Shown: positions 40,170 through 52,706, counted from the stretch's first letter. The stretch: DNA of 64,000 bases from Sphagnum compactum (GCA_965153455.1 OZ234493.1:12328213-12392212); one strand, 5' to 3'. Notes: generated by a model not told the origin, from the letters alone. Numbers and translations: made by a program.

Positions 40170-41870
40170 CCAGAAGAAGCATGTGGATAGATGAAGCCTT
40201 GGAATTAGGAATGGATGTTATTGAGAATGGGACATTTCCCTATGAAAGGCCAACAGGGCATGGAAAATTCCAATGAACTCCATTTTTAACCACCTAAATG
40301 GAAAAAGTAGATCAAGGAAGATGGGGCTAAGAGGTGTCTTTACTGAAGAAGAGGATGCAATAGTGATTGCATGGACATTAACTATGGGTGAATGGGGATT
40401 GTCCATAAGCTTGCAATAACTAAAAATGAAAGTTGCAGAGTTAACACAAACAAAGGTTACACCATTTTGGAATGGAATACTTGGCAATAGTTGGTGGTAC
40501 TAATTCAAACGTAAACACCTAGAAACTAGTATTAGACAAGCAGAAGGATTGGAGGTTTACAAAGCATAGGGCTAACACTCAACTCCTACAACTATTTTTA
40601 TAACAACTTACAAACATTGTATAACTAACACAACTACAGTCCAGATCATATATGGAATTATAATGAAACAAGAATTCAAGTTGGTAGATAGTATGGAGCA
40701 AGAGTTTTGGCTAGGAAAGGATCCAAAGTAGTTTATAGTACCATTCCCAAGTCTTAGGAATGGTTAACTATAAACTGGTAATCAATGCTACAGGGGGTGT
40801 TCTACCTGGTTTCTACATTTTTAAAAGCGAGAGACTAAGGGATGACTACATTAAGCTCTGCAAACTAGGTACATGTATGGCCATGCAAAAAAAAACGTAG
40901 ATGATTGCCTTCTTATTTAAGGAATTTCTATCTTTCTTTAATAGGTTAGTTCCAAGTGGGGTGCCACCCACCAATAGACACTTGTTGATTATCGATGGGC
41001 ATGGTAACCATGTCACTTTAGAAGCAATAGAACAAAGATATTGGGTTAAAGATGATCACACTACCATCTCACACATCACATGCATTGCAACCATTAAATG
41101 TTTCTTGTTTCAGGCCTTTTAAAACAACATTCAAAAAGGTTAGGGATGCTACCATGTCTATAAGTAATCATCAAGAACCAGAGAAGATAACCTTAGCTGA
41201 CTGGGTGGATCGAGCCTTAGAGCAATGATTGACCCAAAAAAACATTAAGTGGGTTTAAACTATAAAAAACTAAAGATTTATGGCCTATCAACCCAAGAGC
41301 AATGGATAGCAAAACTAGACCATCAAAGGTTTACACTACAGCAATAAACATCAACAATGCAAGAAGTGAAAAAAGATTACACAACAGAGGAGGAAGCTGA
41401 AAATAATCAACATTAAAGGGAGGATTATGCTGCCATAAAGCTTTTCCACATAGGTGAAACAATTCAACATCCAACATTTGAAGATCTACCTACATATAGG
41501 CCAGAAAATGACCAATGCTACTATGTTGATACACCCCAAAGCCCTACAGTGAAAGAACAGTAACTAGAAGAGAATACTCTAAATGAAGGAAGCCGTAAAG
41601 GTAGTCTTAAAGAAACCCACCAATATCCAAATCTAACTCAAGAATCCATGAAGATGCATAACCTCCTATCGATGCCTTGTTTACCTACAAGACACACAAA
41701 AGGAAAATAACCCTTAATTGATTATTCACAGTCACATGTTGTGATTAATTTTGAATACTTGGGTATCCTAAGGAGAAAAGCAATGGAAAAGGCAGTTGCA
41801 AAGGAAATCAAGGAAGGCAAACAAAAGGAGAAGGAAGCAAAGTGAGCCAAACAAACAGCAAAATTAGGTT
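40170..41870 (+). pseudogene. pogo/Fot1-like (Tc1-mariner superfamily, DDE_1) transposase pseudogene
   Basis: Fragments: WIDEALELGM, KANRAWKIPMNSIFNHLNGKSRSRKMG (HTH), EEEDAIVIAW...WWY*FKRKH (CENP-B-like), HIWNYNET, LPGFYIFK, RHLLIIDGHGNHVTLEAIE, LPSHTSHALQPLN, FRPFK. Many stops and frameshifts. Confidence 0.85.
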
Positions 41871-42579
41871 CTGTAACATATTGAACAGCTGGGAAATGTG
41901 CAGAAAAGTGTGTCAAAACAAAGTTCATTGCAAACTGAACTTTAGCAATTATAGTTAAAGTGGGCGACCATTTTCACCAAGAGTTTTAAGTAGGTCTGAG
42001 TGTAGATCCGCACATGTATAAAGGGTAAATTTGGGCTACACAACAAGGATTCAACAACATGCAAGGTTGTAGGCACGAACTAGGCAACAAACAAAAGGGC
42101 GCCTTACAATAAAGTTGTGACCTTTTAATGATTAAAGAATAAGCAAGGAATTGGTTAACACCAAGACCAGCATAAGGATACAATCATATAGATGACTAGT
42201 ACCAAAAGCCAATAAAACAACTTTAAGAGGATAAATTACAGCAGCAGAGAAAATCAATCAAAAAGAAAGAAGACCAAGAGCAATAGCAAGGAGGATCAAT
42301 CAACCAAAAAAGACCAGCTACAACACCAAAGAAGATCAAGATAGACAAAAATCGCAACAGCTGGCTAAGATTGAAGAAGAAGAAAGAAGACTCAAGGCTA
42401 ATTTTTAAAAAACATGACCAAAGGCTGATTAAGGAAAAAGGACCAAGCACTAGGAAAGGAGAAAGAGGACTAAGCATGGAGAGGATAAAATGGAAAGGAC
42501 TAGGCTTGAAGGACTAGGACCTGAAAGAAGACCAAACATGAAAGGATCCAAAAAAAAAAAAAACAAGGTGCTTGTAAAG

Positions 42580-43145
42580 AAGATTGAAATCACCAAGCAT
42601 GCATGTAAAGCATGCGAAGAGGATCAAGAACACCATGCACCTGGTAAGAGGATCAAAAGCACTAGGCATGCATGGAAAGCACACAAAGAGGATCGAAAGC
42701 ATTAGGCGCATGCTGAGAGTGTGCAACAAGGATCAACAGCACTTAACATGCATAGAGCACACGCAATAAAGATCGAAAACACTAGGCACACGTGGAGAGT
42801 GTGCAACAAAGATCGATAGCACCTAGTGCACATAGAACACATGCAACAAGGATGGACAACACTAGGTGCACGCAGAGAGTGCACAATAAGGATCGATAAT
42901 AGGGTGCACATAGAACAAGCGCAGCAAGGATCAAGAGCACTTGGCATAAAAGCGCACATAAAGTGCACGTAATGAAGATTGATAGCACCTAACATGCATC
43001 AAAATGCGCATAGAGCACGTGCAATGAGGATTGAAAGTATCTAGTGTGCATAAAAAGCACATGAAAGGGATCGAAAGTGTGTGCAATGAGGACCAAAAGC
43101 ACCTAATGTGCATAGAAAGTGCAGAAAAAGGATCAAGAGCACATG
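42580..43145. repeat. Degenerate ~40-bp tandem repeat (AAGGATCGAAAGCACTAGGTGCATAGAGCAC)
   Basis: GGATC/AGCAC cores recur about every 40 bp (42650, 42689, 42730, 42771, 42811, 42850, 42890, 42928...). Confidence 0.75.
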
Positions 43146-44283
43146 GCAGTGAGATCATTGAGAGGACCAAGTGCAATTGAGAGGAGATGGAAGACCAAGT
43201 GAATGAGAGGAGATGGATCAAGCGTTGAAAAAAAGGAAAAGGTGTGAAGAAAAAAGAGTTCACAACATGGGACTAGGCACCTACTCTTTAGGAAAAACCA
43301 CCAAAGTCTCAAGAGCTCCCATAATGTAATCACTTACAATACACGCACAATAGCAAGATCACTTTAAACACAAAACCATCACCAAGAGTTCACAACACTC
43401 AGGGGAATCAACATCTACTTACCTACACTTGAGACTTTCACCTAGGAGCTCACAACTCTAGAGGTGGGATCAACATCTGCTAGTTTCATCTAGGAGTTCA
43501 CAACATGAAATATAATCAAACTCTCTTGACTTTTTGAAAGGACACAAAAAGGAGAAAGGAAATTGAGCAAGAGTGGGAGGAATGAACAAATTGAGCAGGA
43601 GAGGGAACATCAAAAGCTTAGAGAGTGAAACTAGATATCGCATGGGGAGGATGGCCCGGCTATTAGATGCATGTGAAGGTGATGAAAATCCATGCCCATA
43701 GACATTCAGAATGGGCACAAAAGTTTTAGTAAATGGGATACTAAAACCCTATTACCATCAAAAAGTATTTTTCAATGAAATTTCAATGTTTCATAATAAT
43801 ACTATTAAAAATCTGAAAATTTCCCATCAATTTGAATAAAAAATCATTTTCATGGATGATCGTAGGATGTTAAGACTTTGAGCTATACATAAAAGCTTTT
43901 ATATAAAAAAATTTTGTTACAAACATATATTTTGCATTATGCATACATGTAATACATATTTCAATGTTTTATAAAGTTTTATGACAATGTGTGATGAGTA
44001 AGAAAGGTAGATGATAAAATTCATGTGAATTTGAATCAAATAAGAATTTTTGAAATCATAACCCTAAATCCTAACCATACCCGGAGGTTTGGGGGGGGGG
44101 GGTGGGGGAATGTGACTCAAAACCTCACCCAAAAAGTAACCAAAGTTACAAAATATATAGTACGTGGGACCATATGCATGATTCCTAAACTTTTCTACTT
44201 TCCTTTCTCCGTAAGCTGTAGCCAAATTTGGCTAAATAAGTCCTCTTTCGGATAATGGCCAGCCTGCCCGACTGCCTTTGTCA

Positions 44284-44545
44284 CCAGTGGTTTTTTAACT
44301 GGCGAAATTTTAAATTTTAAAAACGAAAATGAAGGGATTTTTGAAGGTTTTCAATCGCCCAAAGTGAGGGCGAAAACAATTTAAAAATCGCCAGATTTGT
44401 ATGTTTGGTTTTCATTGTGTAGCCAAAAATATAGAAGCCAGATTTGACACAATCTTCCTAGGGATGATAGTCACTTTTTTTGCTACATAGGAAGCTAGCC
44501 ACTTTGGCTTTTTAATAAAAAAAATTCCCTAAAAAAACCACTGGC
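44284..44545. mobile_element. MITE-like element with 13-bp inverted termini CCAGTGGTTTTTT...AAAAAACCACTGG
   Basis: Perfect 13-bp inverted repeat at the ends with a hAT-like CAGTG terminus; no matching 8-bp TSD seen. Confidence 0.5.
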
Positions 44546-44822
44546 TTCAATTTTGTCAAGTAGGTGGACTGGCGATTATCATCCACTAGTAGTACCGGAG
44601 GAATGAGCCAAATTTGGCTACAGGTCAGACAGTAAAGTAGAATTTTTTTAAAGATTCCTGCCTGGTTCTGGCGACAAGAAGAAGGTCTATCTAAATATGG
44701 CGAAAAATGTGACCATTTTTTTCCTGAAAATATGGAGACTTTTGCACACACACACAAAAAAAAGAAGCCTTGGTACACAATTCTTCTTCACACTGGGTTC
44801 TTTTTTGTGTAGCCAGCCACAA

Positions 44823-45205
44823 AGGAAACAAGGGGCATGTCACACACACACTGTGGCCTTGCCATTTACATTAAAAAAGTATGTTAAGGCAAAAAAAGAA
44901 GAATTATGAAAAAAAATTCAATTATTTATCCATGCAAAAATATATTAATCTTCAAAAATCCTCTAAAACAAACCCAAATCCTTCAAGATATATTATATAA
45001 TTCTAGAACTAATAATAATCTCAAGTTTCAACACAAGCCAATTTATATATCATCTTTCAAAAATCCTCATATAAAAAATAAACCTATTATTATTATTATT
45101 ATTATTATGACCTAGGGGCCTATAAAAATCCCTTAAGCTACTATACTCTATAATGGATCCCTTAAGCTACAATATCCTTAAGGGCCTTGGTAGTAGGCTA
45201 GGCCC
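44823..45205 (+). mobile_element. Family X copy D, upstream of the peptidase gene
   Basis: Same core (CACTGTGGCCTTGCCATTTACATTAAAAAAGTATGTTAAGGC...); ends GGGCCTTGGTAGTAGGCTAGGCCC. Confidence 0.8.
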
Positions 45206-46006
45206 CCCAAAAGAAAAAACCACTGGCACGCACACGCGCACGCACGCACGCACTCCCTCCTTCCCCTGCTCTGCTTGTTTTGTGTCAGATTCCAATCATG
45301 GACTACTTTCCCTGGCGCACGCACGAGGGGAGGAGGAGGAGGAGGAGGATATAGTCCAACGACACTCCATCCTTGATGATTCCATGCCCCATAAGAGTCG
45401 TGCATGCGCGGGTGCAGAATTCAATCCTCTTCATCACAAGAAGAAAGAAAGAAGGCCGCAGCAGCAGCAGCAGCAGCAGTAGCAGGTCACGAATTTGAGT
45501 GGGTGGATGGACTGGGGTGGTTACACTTTCCTTCTTCAATGAGAGAGCAATGACAATCGTTGTTGCTCTCTTGCATTAAACCCACCCACCCACCCACCCA
45601 ACCCACTCACTCACTCACCCACTCACTCACTCACTTCCCTCGGGCCACCTCCGGCGCAAATCAATCATTTGGGCTTCTTTTTTTGGAATTCCATTTTTTT
45701 TTTAAAAATTTGTGTTTGTTTTTTGTGTTTTGGAGAAGAAGACAACAAAGTTCAAGCGGAGATGGTGGTGGTGGTGGAGGAAGACTAGGGCCCACACAGA
45801 AAACCAAAAAGCTTTTTTTCTTTCCGCGGTGGTTTTTTGTTTTCTTTTTTTTTTTTTGGGGTTCGAGTCTCTCTGCAATTTTTTTGTTGTCAGTTTACCT
45901 GTGCAGGAATTTTTTTGTCAATCATAGTAGCAAGGAGGAGAAATTGTTTTTTCTCTTGGATTTTTCTAACTGCCGACCATTTTCTCCCTTACGCTTGCTT
46001 CCCCAT

Positions 46007-46009
<3 letters not shown>

Positions 46010-46061
<52 letters not shown>
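46010..46061. repeat. (CT)n microsatellite in the presumed 5' region of the peptidase gene
   Basis: About 25 uninterrupted CT units; CT/GA tracts are common in plant 5' leaders. Confidence 0.9.
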
Positions 46062-46063
<2 letters not shown>

Positions 46064-46605
46064 GACCACCACCTGCTTGAGAAAGTTTGTTGACTTGGCC
46101 AATCTACTAAGATCCCTCATCATCCCCAGATCACTCAGGACTCAGTCACAATCCTTCGGAAGCAAATCAGCAATGTGCCAAGCTTTTTAGGGTCTGAGTC
46201 TCAACAACAACAACAAGAACCCGAAGAAGAAGAAGAAGCAGACCAACAACAGCAACACAGCCATTCCAATCCAACAAGGCGATCCAGAGGTCCAAGTGAG
46301 AAACATCATCTCTTATGTTTTGTTTCAGTCGGGGATCTTTCCAGAGAATTTGTAGATGGATTTGTTGGGGGGGCATTTGATGGCACCCGCTGGAATTATT
46401 CTTGTTGGGAAGCAGCTGGCATTCTGGTGGCCAGAATTTTTTGGAGCTTTTGTCCAGAGGCCACCTGAAGGATGTGTCCATGGATTGAATGGTGGTTTGT
46501 AAAGATGGGAATCTGTGTGGGAAAGAGAATTGAACATTGGGTTTTGTTTTTGTCTTTTGTTTGGTGGGGGTCTGGGTGAAGGAGGAATTTGGGTGCTTGA
46601 AGGTT

Positions 46606-47097
46606 ATGCTGCTTGCTTACTTACATGATGGGTTGGCTTGCAACCGGGAATTCTTGGAAGATGGTAATGAGGTCTCCCTGATGTTGTGGAAAGAGAAAGG
46701 GATCTAACCTGATCACAGACCCAAAAATCAAATAAAATGGTGGAATGATGGAGCTTCAGGGTTAGGCTAGTTTACACATGCAAGTAAGGATTCCTCAATG
46801 ACTGTGCAACACAGCAGTTTAGGATCTGTACAAAAACATAAGAACAATAGGAGGAACTCGATGGGCAGGGGAGTTGATGAAGGGATGAATTGTGGGAGGT
46901 AGAGTTGAGTGAGTCATGATCATGAGTGCATCATATTGTCTCAGGATTTGTTTTCAGCATCATTGTGGTAGGCAAGAACTGTTAAGGTTTTTTGTGGACT
47001 GGACCTTCTTCCTTCGGTCACATGCAGATCTGGTGCTTTTGTTAACTGTGCAGAGGAGGAGGAGCTGCAGTCATTAGAAGATTTCAGGCACAAATAG
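46606..47097 (+). other. Candidate spliced upstream ORF (MLLAYLHDGLACNREFLED/EEEELQSLEDFRHK*)
   Basis: ATG at 46606; donor GATG|GTAATG after 46663; acceptor CTGTGCAG| at 47053; joined in frame to TAG 47095-47097, 32 nt before the main ATG at 47130. Confidence 0.45.
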
Positions 47098-47129
47098 CAG
47101 CACACAGCAGGAAAATACCCTCCAGACAG

Positions 47130-49028
47130 ATGGGATCAGAAGGGGCACCACCACCACCAGCAAGTTTGATTGAATTCAACATCACAGGCTTCAAGAAGTT
47201 TCATGGTGTAGCAGAGAATCCCACAGAGGTAGTGGTTGGGAGGATTGAAGAGTACTTGAGAAAACATGGGATGCCCGCAGGAACAGTGCTTGGAAGCTGC
47301 ACTGTGTTGGAGGCTGCAGGGGAGGGGGCACTGCTGCCTCTCATGCAGCTCTTGAGCTCATCATCATCATCCCAATCAGTGATCAATCAACCATCAATTG
47401 AGACAAATGCAAATTTGCAAGAAGGGAAGCTGGATGTGAGCTCTTTGCCAAACACTGAAAAGCAAATTGTCTGGGTAGTTATCAAATCTCTCAAAGCTTC
47501 TCTCTGCTGTTCAGGAATGTAACTTTTGGGGTGCATTTTTGCCTCATCTCAAACACCACATGATAAGGCTTCACAAGAAAAGATTGTTAGATTTATGCTC
47601 ATCACAGGCAATGAATTTGCATATGGAAGGGACAGTAATCATTTGATCTTGGATCAGAAACCTAATCCATCTGCAGCAAAGATTTGTATGGGAAATTTCC
47701 AAAACTTGGAATGCTTGTGTATAGTGTGAGAACAGTAAAATCAACAGTATGTATTGCAAGACCCAAATGTTGTAGAGTATGAATTTTACAATGGGTGATC
47801 TTTTTTTTTCTTTTTTGTGATCTTCTTCTTGCACCTGACTAAATTCCAAGGTGTTGCTTTTGTTTCTGAACTCCACAACAAGCAAAAGGTCTTAACAACA
47901 AATAATATCTCATATGAAAGAGACTTTCAAGCCTCTGCCATAGAACTTTCAACTTGTTGTGGTACTTACAAGAAAGACATTCTGGGTTAAACTGTGTGAA
48001 TTCTGTGAAATGCCACCCAGGTTCATTTGGGTGTGAATAGTGGAGCAACTAACTTCGCTTTGGAGCGGCGTGCAGTGAATGAGGCGACATTTCGGTGCAG
48101 TGATGAACTAGGTTGGCAGCCTCAGGTCTGTATTCAAGCTATACATGATTTGGCAGAAGAATGGGTGTCTTGTCCACTTTGAGATTGTTATTATATTGCA
48201 GTGTATTACCTATTGCCTTCATTTCTTTTGTGTCATTATTGCCTTTGGACATATGGAAGTTCGTTCAATGAGTTTTGGGCAATCAAGAGCTGTCTTTTAT
48301 TGTACAAGAGCTTCCGCTGTCATGAAATACATACATGCACTCAAAGGAGTATCCAGAATTTTGGTCTTTTCTCTAAGCTGCTCTACTGTATGTGCAGCGT
48401 ATTCCCATTGTTGCCGAGGATGGACCTATATCCCACATACGTGAGGTAGTGCTTTTTGCTTCCTTTGCTTTCTTTTTGCTTCATGCTATGCACCATGTTC
48501 AAACAGGAGTAGTGTCTGGTTCAGCTGAGGAAGACTCTTTATATTTCTTCATTGCTTTTCAAACCGTTGTAATTATGTTTTTGTTGTTCATGAGATGCAG
48601 AAGCATATCTAGTGAAACAGTTAGTGTTAGAAATCCTTTATTGGAGTGTGTGACAGTATGTTTTGACTTTGAAGGATCAATGAGACTGCCCATATGTGAG
48701 ATCTTCTGCTGCACAGGCCCAGATCTGCAGTTGAAAAGGTTATGTTGTAGCAAGTCTAATTTTTGTTTGGGTTATGTGTCAGACAACTATCCCAGTGCGA
48801 GATCTTGTGACCACTTTGGGAAAGAATGGCTTTGATGTGATGGAGTCATATGATGCAGGACGTTTCGTGTGCAACTATGTGTACTACCAATCCTTACGCC
48901 ACTCTGCAATTCATGGGAATATAAGTTTCTTTGTGCATGTGCCTTTGTTTATCATGATTGATGAGGAGCATCAATTAGAATTTGTGGCTGCTCTACTGCA
49001 TGCCCTGGCTTTCCAATTACTCAATTAG
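47130..49028 (+). CDS. Pyroglutamyl peptidase I / pyrrolidone-carboxylate peptidase (peptidase C15), 4 exons
   Basis: Exons 47130-47474, 48021-48125, 48398-48445, 48783-49028, all phase-0 GT-AG. MGSEG...ITGFKKFHGVAENPTE, VHLGVNSG, FALERRAVNEATF (Glu), DAGRFVCNYVYY (Cys) and FVHVP (His): catalytic triad intact. Confidence 0.95.
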
Positions 49029-50020
49029 AATGCTCTCTGATGGGTTTTGAACGCAATTAACTGTCATATAGTAGACAATAGAAAGGCACTCTGTAGTTAG
49101 TTGTAGTAAGGCAAAACTGTCCTTCCAAAATAATTATTGTTACTCTTAGCTCCAAGGCAAAACTTGTCACCTTTCTAATAAGCTGTCATTGAAAGGCAAT
49201 GAATGACTTTGTGGAAATGGAAACCAGAAATTGTATGTTACACACAACTTCACGACACACAATTTTCCTGTGAATTTGTGCAAAGTCCCAACCTATCCAT
49301 CTTCTCTTGTGAGTAATTGATCCACAGAACAATGATCTATACAGGCATTGAGAGCTGCACTAGACACCAAGGCTTCTTCTTTTCACAAGGCCCTTCAAAT
49401 GATTGTCTGCAAGGAGCATCAACTCATTTACAGCACACTTTTAGAAGTGGGTGGAGGCAAAGGTGCAGGATTTTGTCCACAACATTGTGCACTGATCTAC
49501 CATCATTCATCCAATGGTGCAAAGATACACCACTCGTGGATCCTCCTCCTTTTCTTCATCTCATGCACAATTTGGCGTCACCAAAAAGATCTTCGCTTCT
49601 TGAACAATTTGGCAATGGCCATCCCTGCCACATTTTTACACAACAAACAAATTGGGAAGTGAAAAATATACAGTCACAGGTCTGTGAATATCTGAACCCA
49701 GGGTTAATATGGAGACACAGACTTGGCATTCTCAGAAGGAAAGAAGGCGTTATCCTCACATCAATAAAATGCCAGAAATCTCCTCACTGACTCTCATGCC
49801 ATTGACACTATTTGAAAGAGCAACTTTGTAAAGATTTTGTCAACATGATTTCATCAGTCTTCAATTCTCTTCCAATTGGTTGGATGTATTTGACCTACCA
49901 AATCTAATCATTCTGAAGGAAAACCTGGTGCAATGGTCAACCAAATATATGAAAAACATGCAAAATGTCATCTGCAAAACTTTCCATAAATAAGACAGTA
50001 ACATTGACAGATATGGGTTA

Positions 50021-52706
50021 TCACACCATGGTTGGCTGATACACTTGCTCAGTCAAATTTTGTGCTGCACTTTCAGTGGGATAGCCTCTAATAGCTCCTA
50101 TAGTCCACTGAGCAATTATGCCTGCACAAATAGCAAATCTCAAGGCTTTTTCTAATCTAGTTTGATCATGAAGAAGCTCAGGCTGCGTTGTCAACTTCTT
50201 GATTAAAGCTGCAATAAAAACCAGCACACAGAGAATGTCATTATCACAATGAGTTTGAAACCCAATAATCTGAACAACCTGCCCTCACTCTGAAGTGTTT
50301 TAGAATGTGAACAAACATTCAATGATAACAAGGGAAGGAAGCAATTTACCTGCAACAACAGCATCTCCAGAGCCTGTTCTGTCACAACTGAAAGGAGCAA
50401 GTAAAACATCTTCTGTACCCTCAACTGACCCATGAAAGTCCTGAGTGTAGTAATGTATTCGGTATGTGCCATCAGTCACAAACAGAATGCGAATGTGTTT
50501 GTGCCATAGGGGTGATAATTCCTCTGGCATATAGTGGTACTCATCACGCCCGGGTTTCATCTCTGCTGCAGATTTTGCGTAATATACTGAATGCTGCTGT
50601 CGTTTCCACTCATAAGTCTCTTCCCCCAGCAGGAACTCAAGTTCCTGTTTTGTCAACTCAAACATTGTCGATTTCTCCCACACTGGTTGAATTGCACTCC
50701 ATGTCTCATCCCGTGACTTCCAGTAAGGAAGTGGAAGGTTTAGATCAAAAAAGACATCGGCACGTTTCTTTCGGGCTCTATTAATGGCAGATATGAGTGT
50801 TGACCGTAGAGGCTCATATGTAAGGCTGATGGAACTGCACTGAAGTAGGCAAGCCTGGAAGAAAACACCAACCAGATTGAAACAGTTCAAATATGTCTCC
50901 AGCAGTCTTACCCTCAACTTTGGTTTCTGAATCCAAAACCGCATCTCCAAAAACCTATTCTGGTGACCAATCACAGTAAGAACTGAGAAAACCCCAAAAT
51001 CATCGTCCACATGGCATGTAATTACAGAGAGAGGCACTGAATCTGCTGCAACCATGAATTACCTCCTTTATAATGTCAAGATTAACTTCGGTTAGCAAAA
51101 GACATGCCTCCGCACTTGGCTTCTCACAAACCATTTTGGTGCCTGCACCTGCCCCACAAGTGAGTCGCATCCAGGACACTCCAGTGTCTACATCAGGGTC
51201 GAATTTTACACCCCGTGTCTGAACACGATTGATGTTGAGTGTTAATACCAACTTGTGCCCAAATTCATCATCTCCCACCTTTTAGAAACAAACACCAAGG
51301 TTGAGCATTAGTCAAGAGTCTTATTAACCACTAATTCCCAGCCAATTTCACAACAAAATTGTCAAGCCCTTCACTCTATCCATCCTCAGCCCAAAAAACC
51401 ATGTAGCTGAGCTTTACACATGGGGATGAAATTGCTTTACCTTGCCCACAAAGGCAACACGGCCACCCAATCGAGCCAATGCAATAGCAACATTTGCAGC
51501 AGAACTTCCAGGCGCTCGGACAAATTCAGGAGGGCTCCATTGTAGGCCTTTCCAGGAGGAATAGATCTCGGGATCCATTTGTCGGTCACTCACCCTAACT
51601 GTCGGAACAAACTCATGAAGGGCTTCTCCAAAACAGCACACAAGGGGAGGCCAGTCTTTTTCCTCCTCATTATCATTGTCTTCCTCATCTTTGACTGTTT
51701 CTTCTGGTTCCTTCAATTTGGTCTTTGCTCTCTTTCTGTGAGCACCAACTGTTGCTGTCCCTGTTTTCGCCAGCGAAGAATTCAACCCACTCAACCTTAA
51801 GAGAGAAGAAAAAGACAACACCCAAATTCAACAGGAAGAATTTCAACAACACCATGAGAATCTTCAGGCGATTGTAACACTCTAATCATTTTCAAATGGC
51901 ACAATGTTTAGGGCTTCAAACTTAATACCCATGTTTGGGAAGCTTTGAAATTTCAGAACGTCCTATATAAGCAAACAAAAGAATCACCAGAAGAGAACCC
52001 TAAACCCTAAACCCACCTGAAGCATCATTAGCTGCCTTCACAGCCTTCACTACAAGATTTGGACTGCACTTGAGGTTAGGATTATAGAAAGTACAGAGCA
52101 CTCCTGGGGTTTTCAGATCACACACCAACTGCACAAAACAAGTACAAATTAGTGAACAAAATGCATACACCACGTGTTGGGTAATCCCTCTGTTGAGATC
52201 TTTTGTTACATACACTGTAAGCACAACATTGCACCATTTGCTTTTCAAGCATACAAGGGAGTGAAAGACGTGTGTCTAACTTTGTCAAGAGTATAAAGGG
52301 CATAAAGAACAAAGACCAAGCACGAAATTCTCTCTGTTAAGAAAGCTCCAGGTGGTTTAGGGTTTAGGGTTTAGGGAAAGATTGGCATGCTCTAGACAAA
52401 CACAGACCTAAGGAGGAAGATGGAACATCTCTGTGGCATTCTTTCGACTGCATGAAACAAAAATGGGTACAGAAAAAACTGCAGCAAACAAACATTGCGA
52501 AATGCAAATTCTTATCAGACATGGGTCCAAGCCCTTCGCCGCCCCAAGGAAGCTCCGCCTACTTTATTTTCCGTGGATTGCACCCAAAAGAAGATAACCT
52601 GAGTGCCCAAGATGCCTACCTTCCGAGAGAAGAGCTCGGAATGAGATTTGATCACAACCTGACCCGCAAATGTGGAGCTACTGATGATGGCCGATGCAGT
52701 CGCCAT
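50021..52706 (-). CDS. FLN1: Fructokinase-like plastid protein (pfkB family, PEP-associated), FLN1-like, ~6 exons
   Basis: Exons (minus): 52706-52599, 52128-~52013, 51795-51441, 51278-51063, 50854-50350, 50208-50021. Ser/Ala-rich transit-peptide-like start [11 protein letters not shown]. Motifs [74 protein letters not shown]. The first two junctions are less certain. Confidence 0.9.

Noticed and set aside
45560..46190. 177-aa and 117-aa ORFs
   Set aside because: Low-complexity translations of T-rich and (CT)n leader sequence.
49317..49790. 157-aa ORF between the convergent genes
   Set aside because: No motifs, non-ATG start, lies in presumed 3' UTR space.
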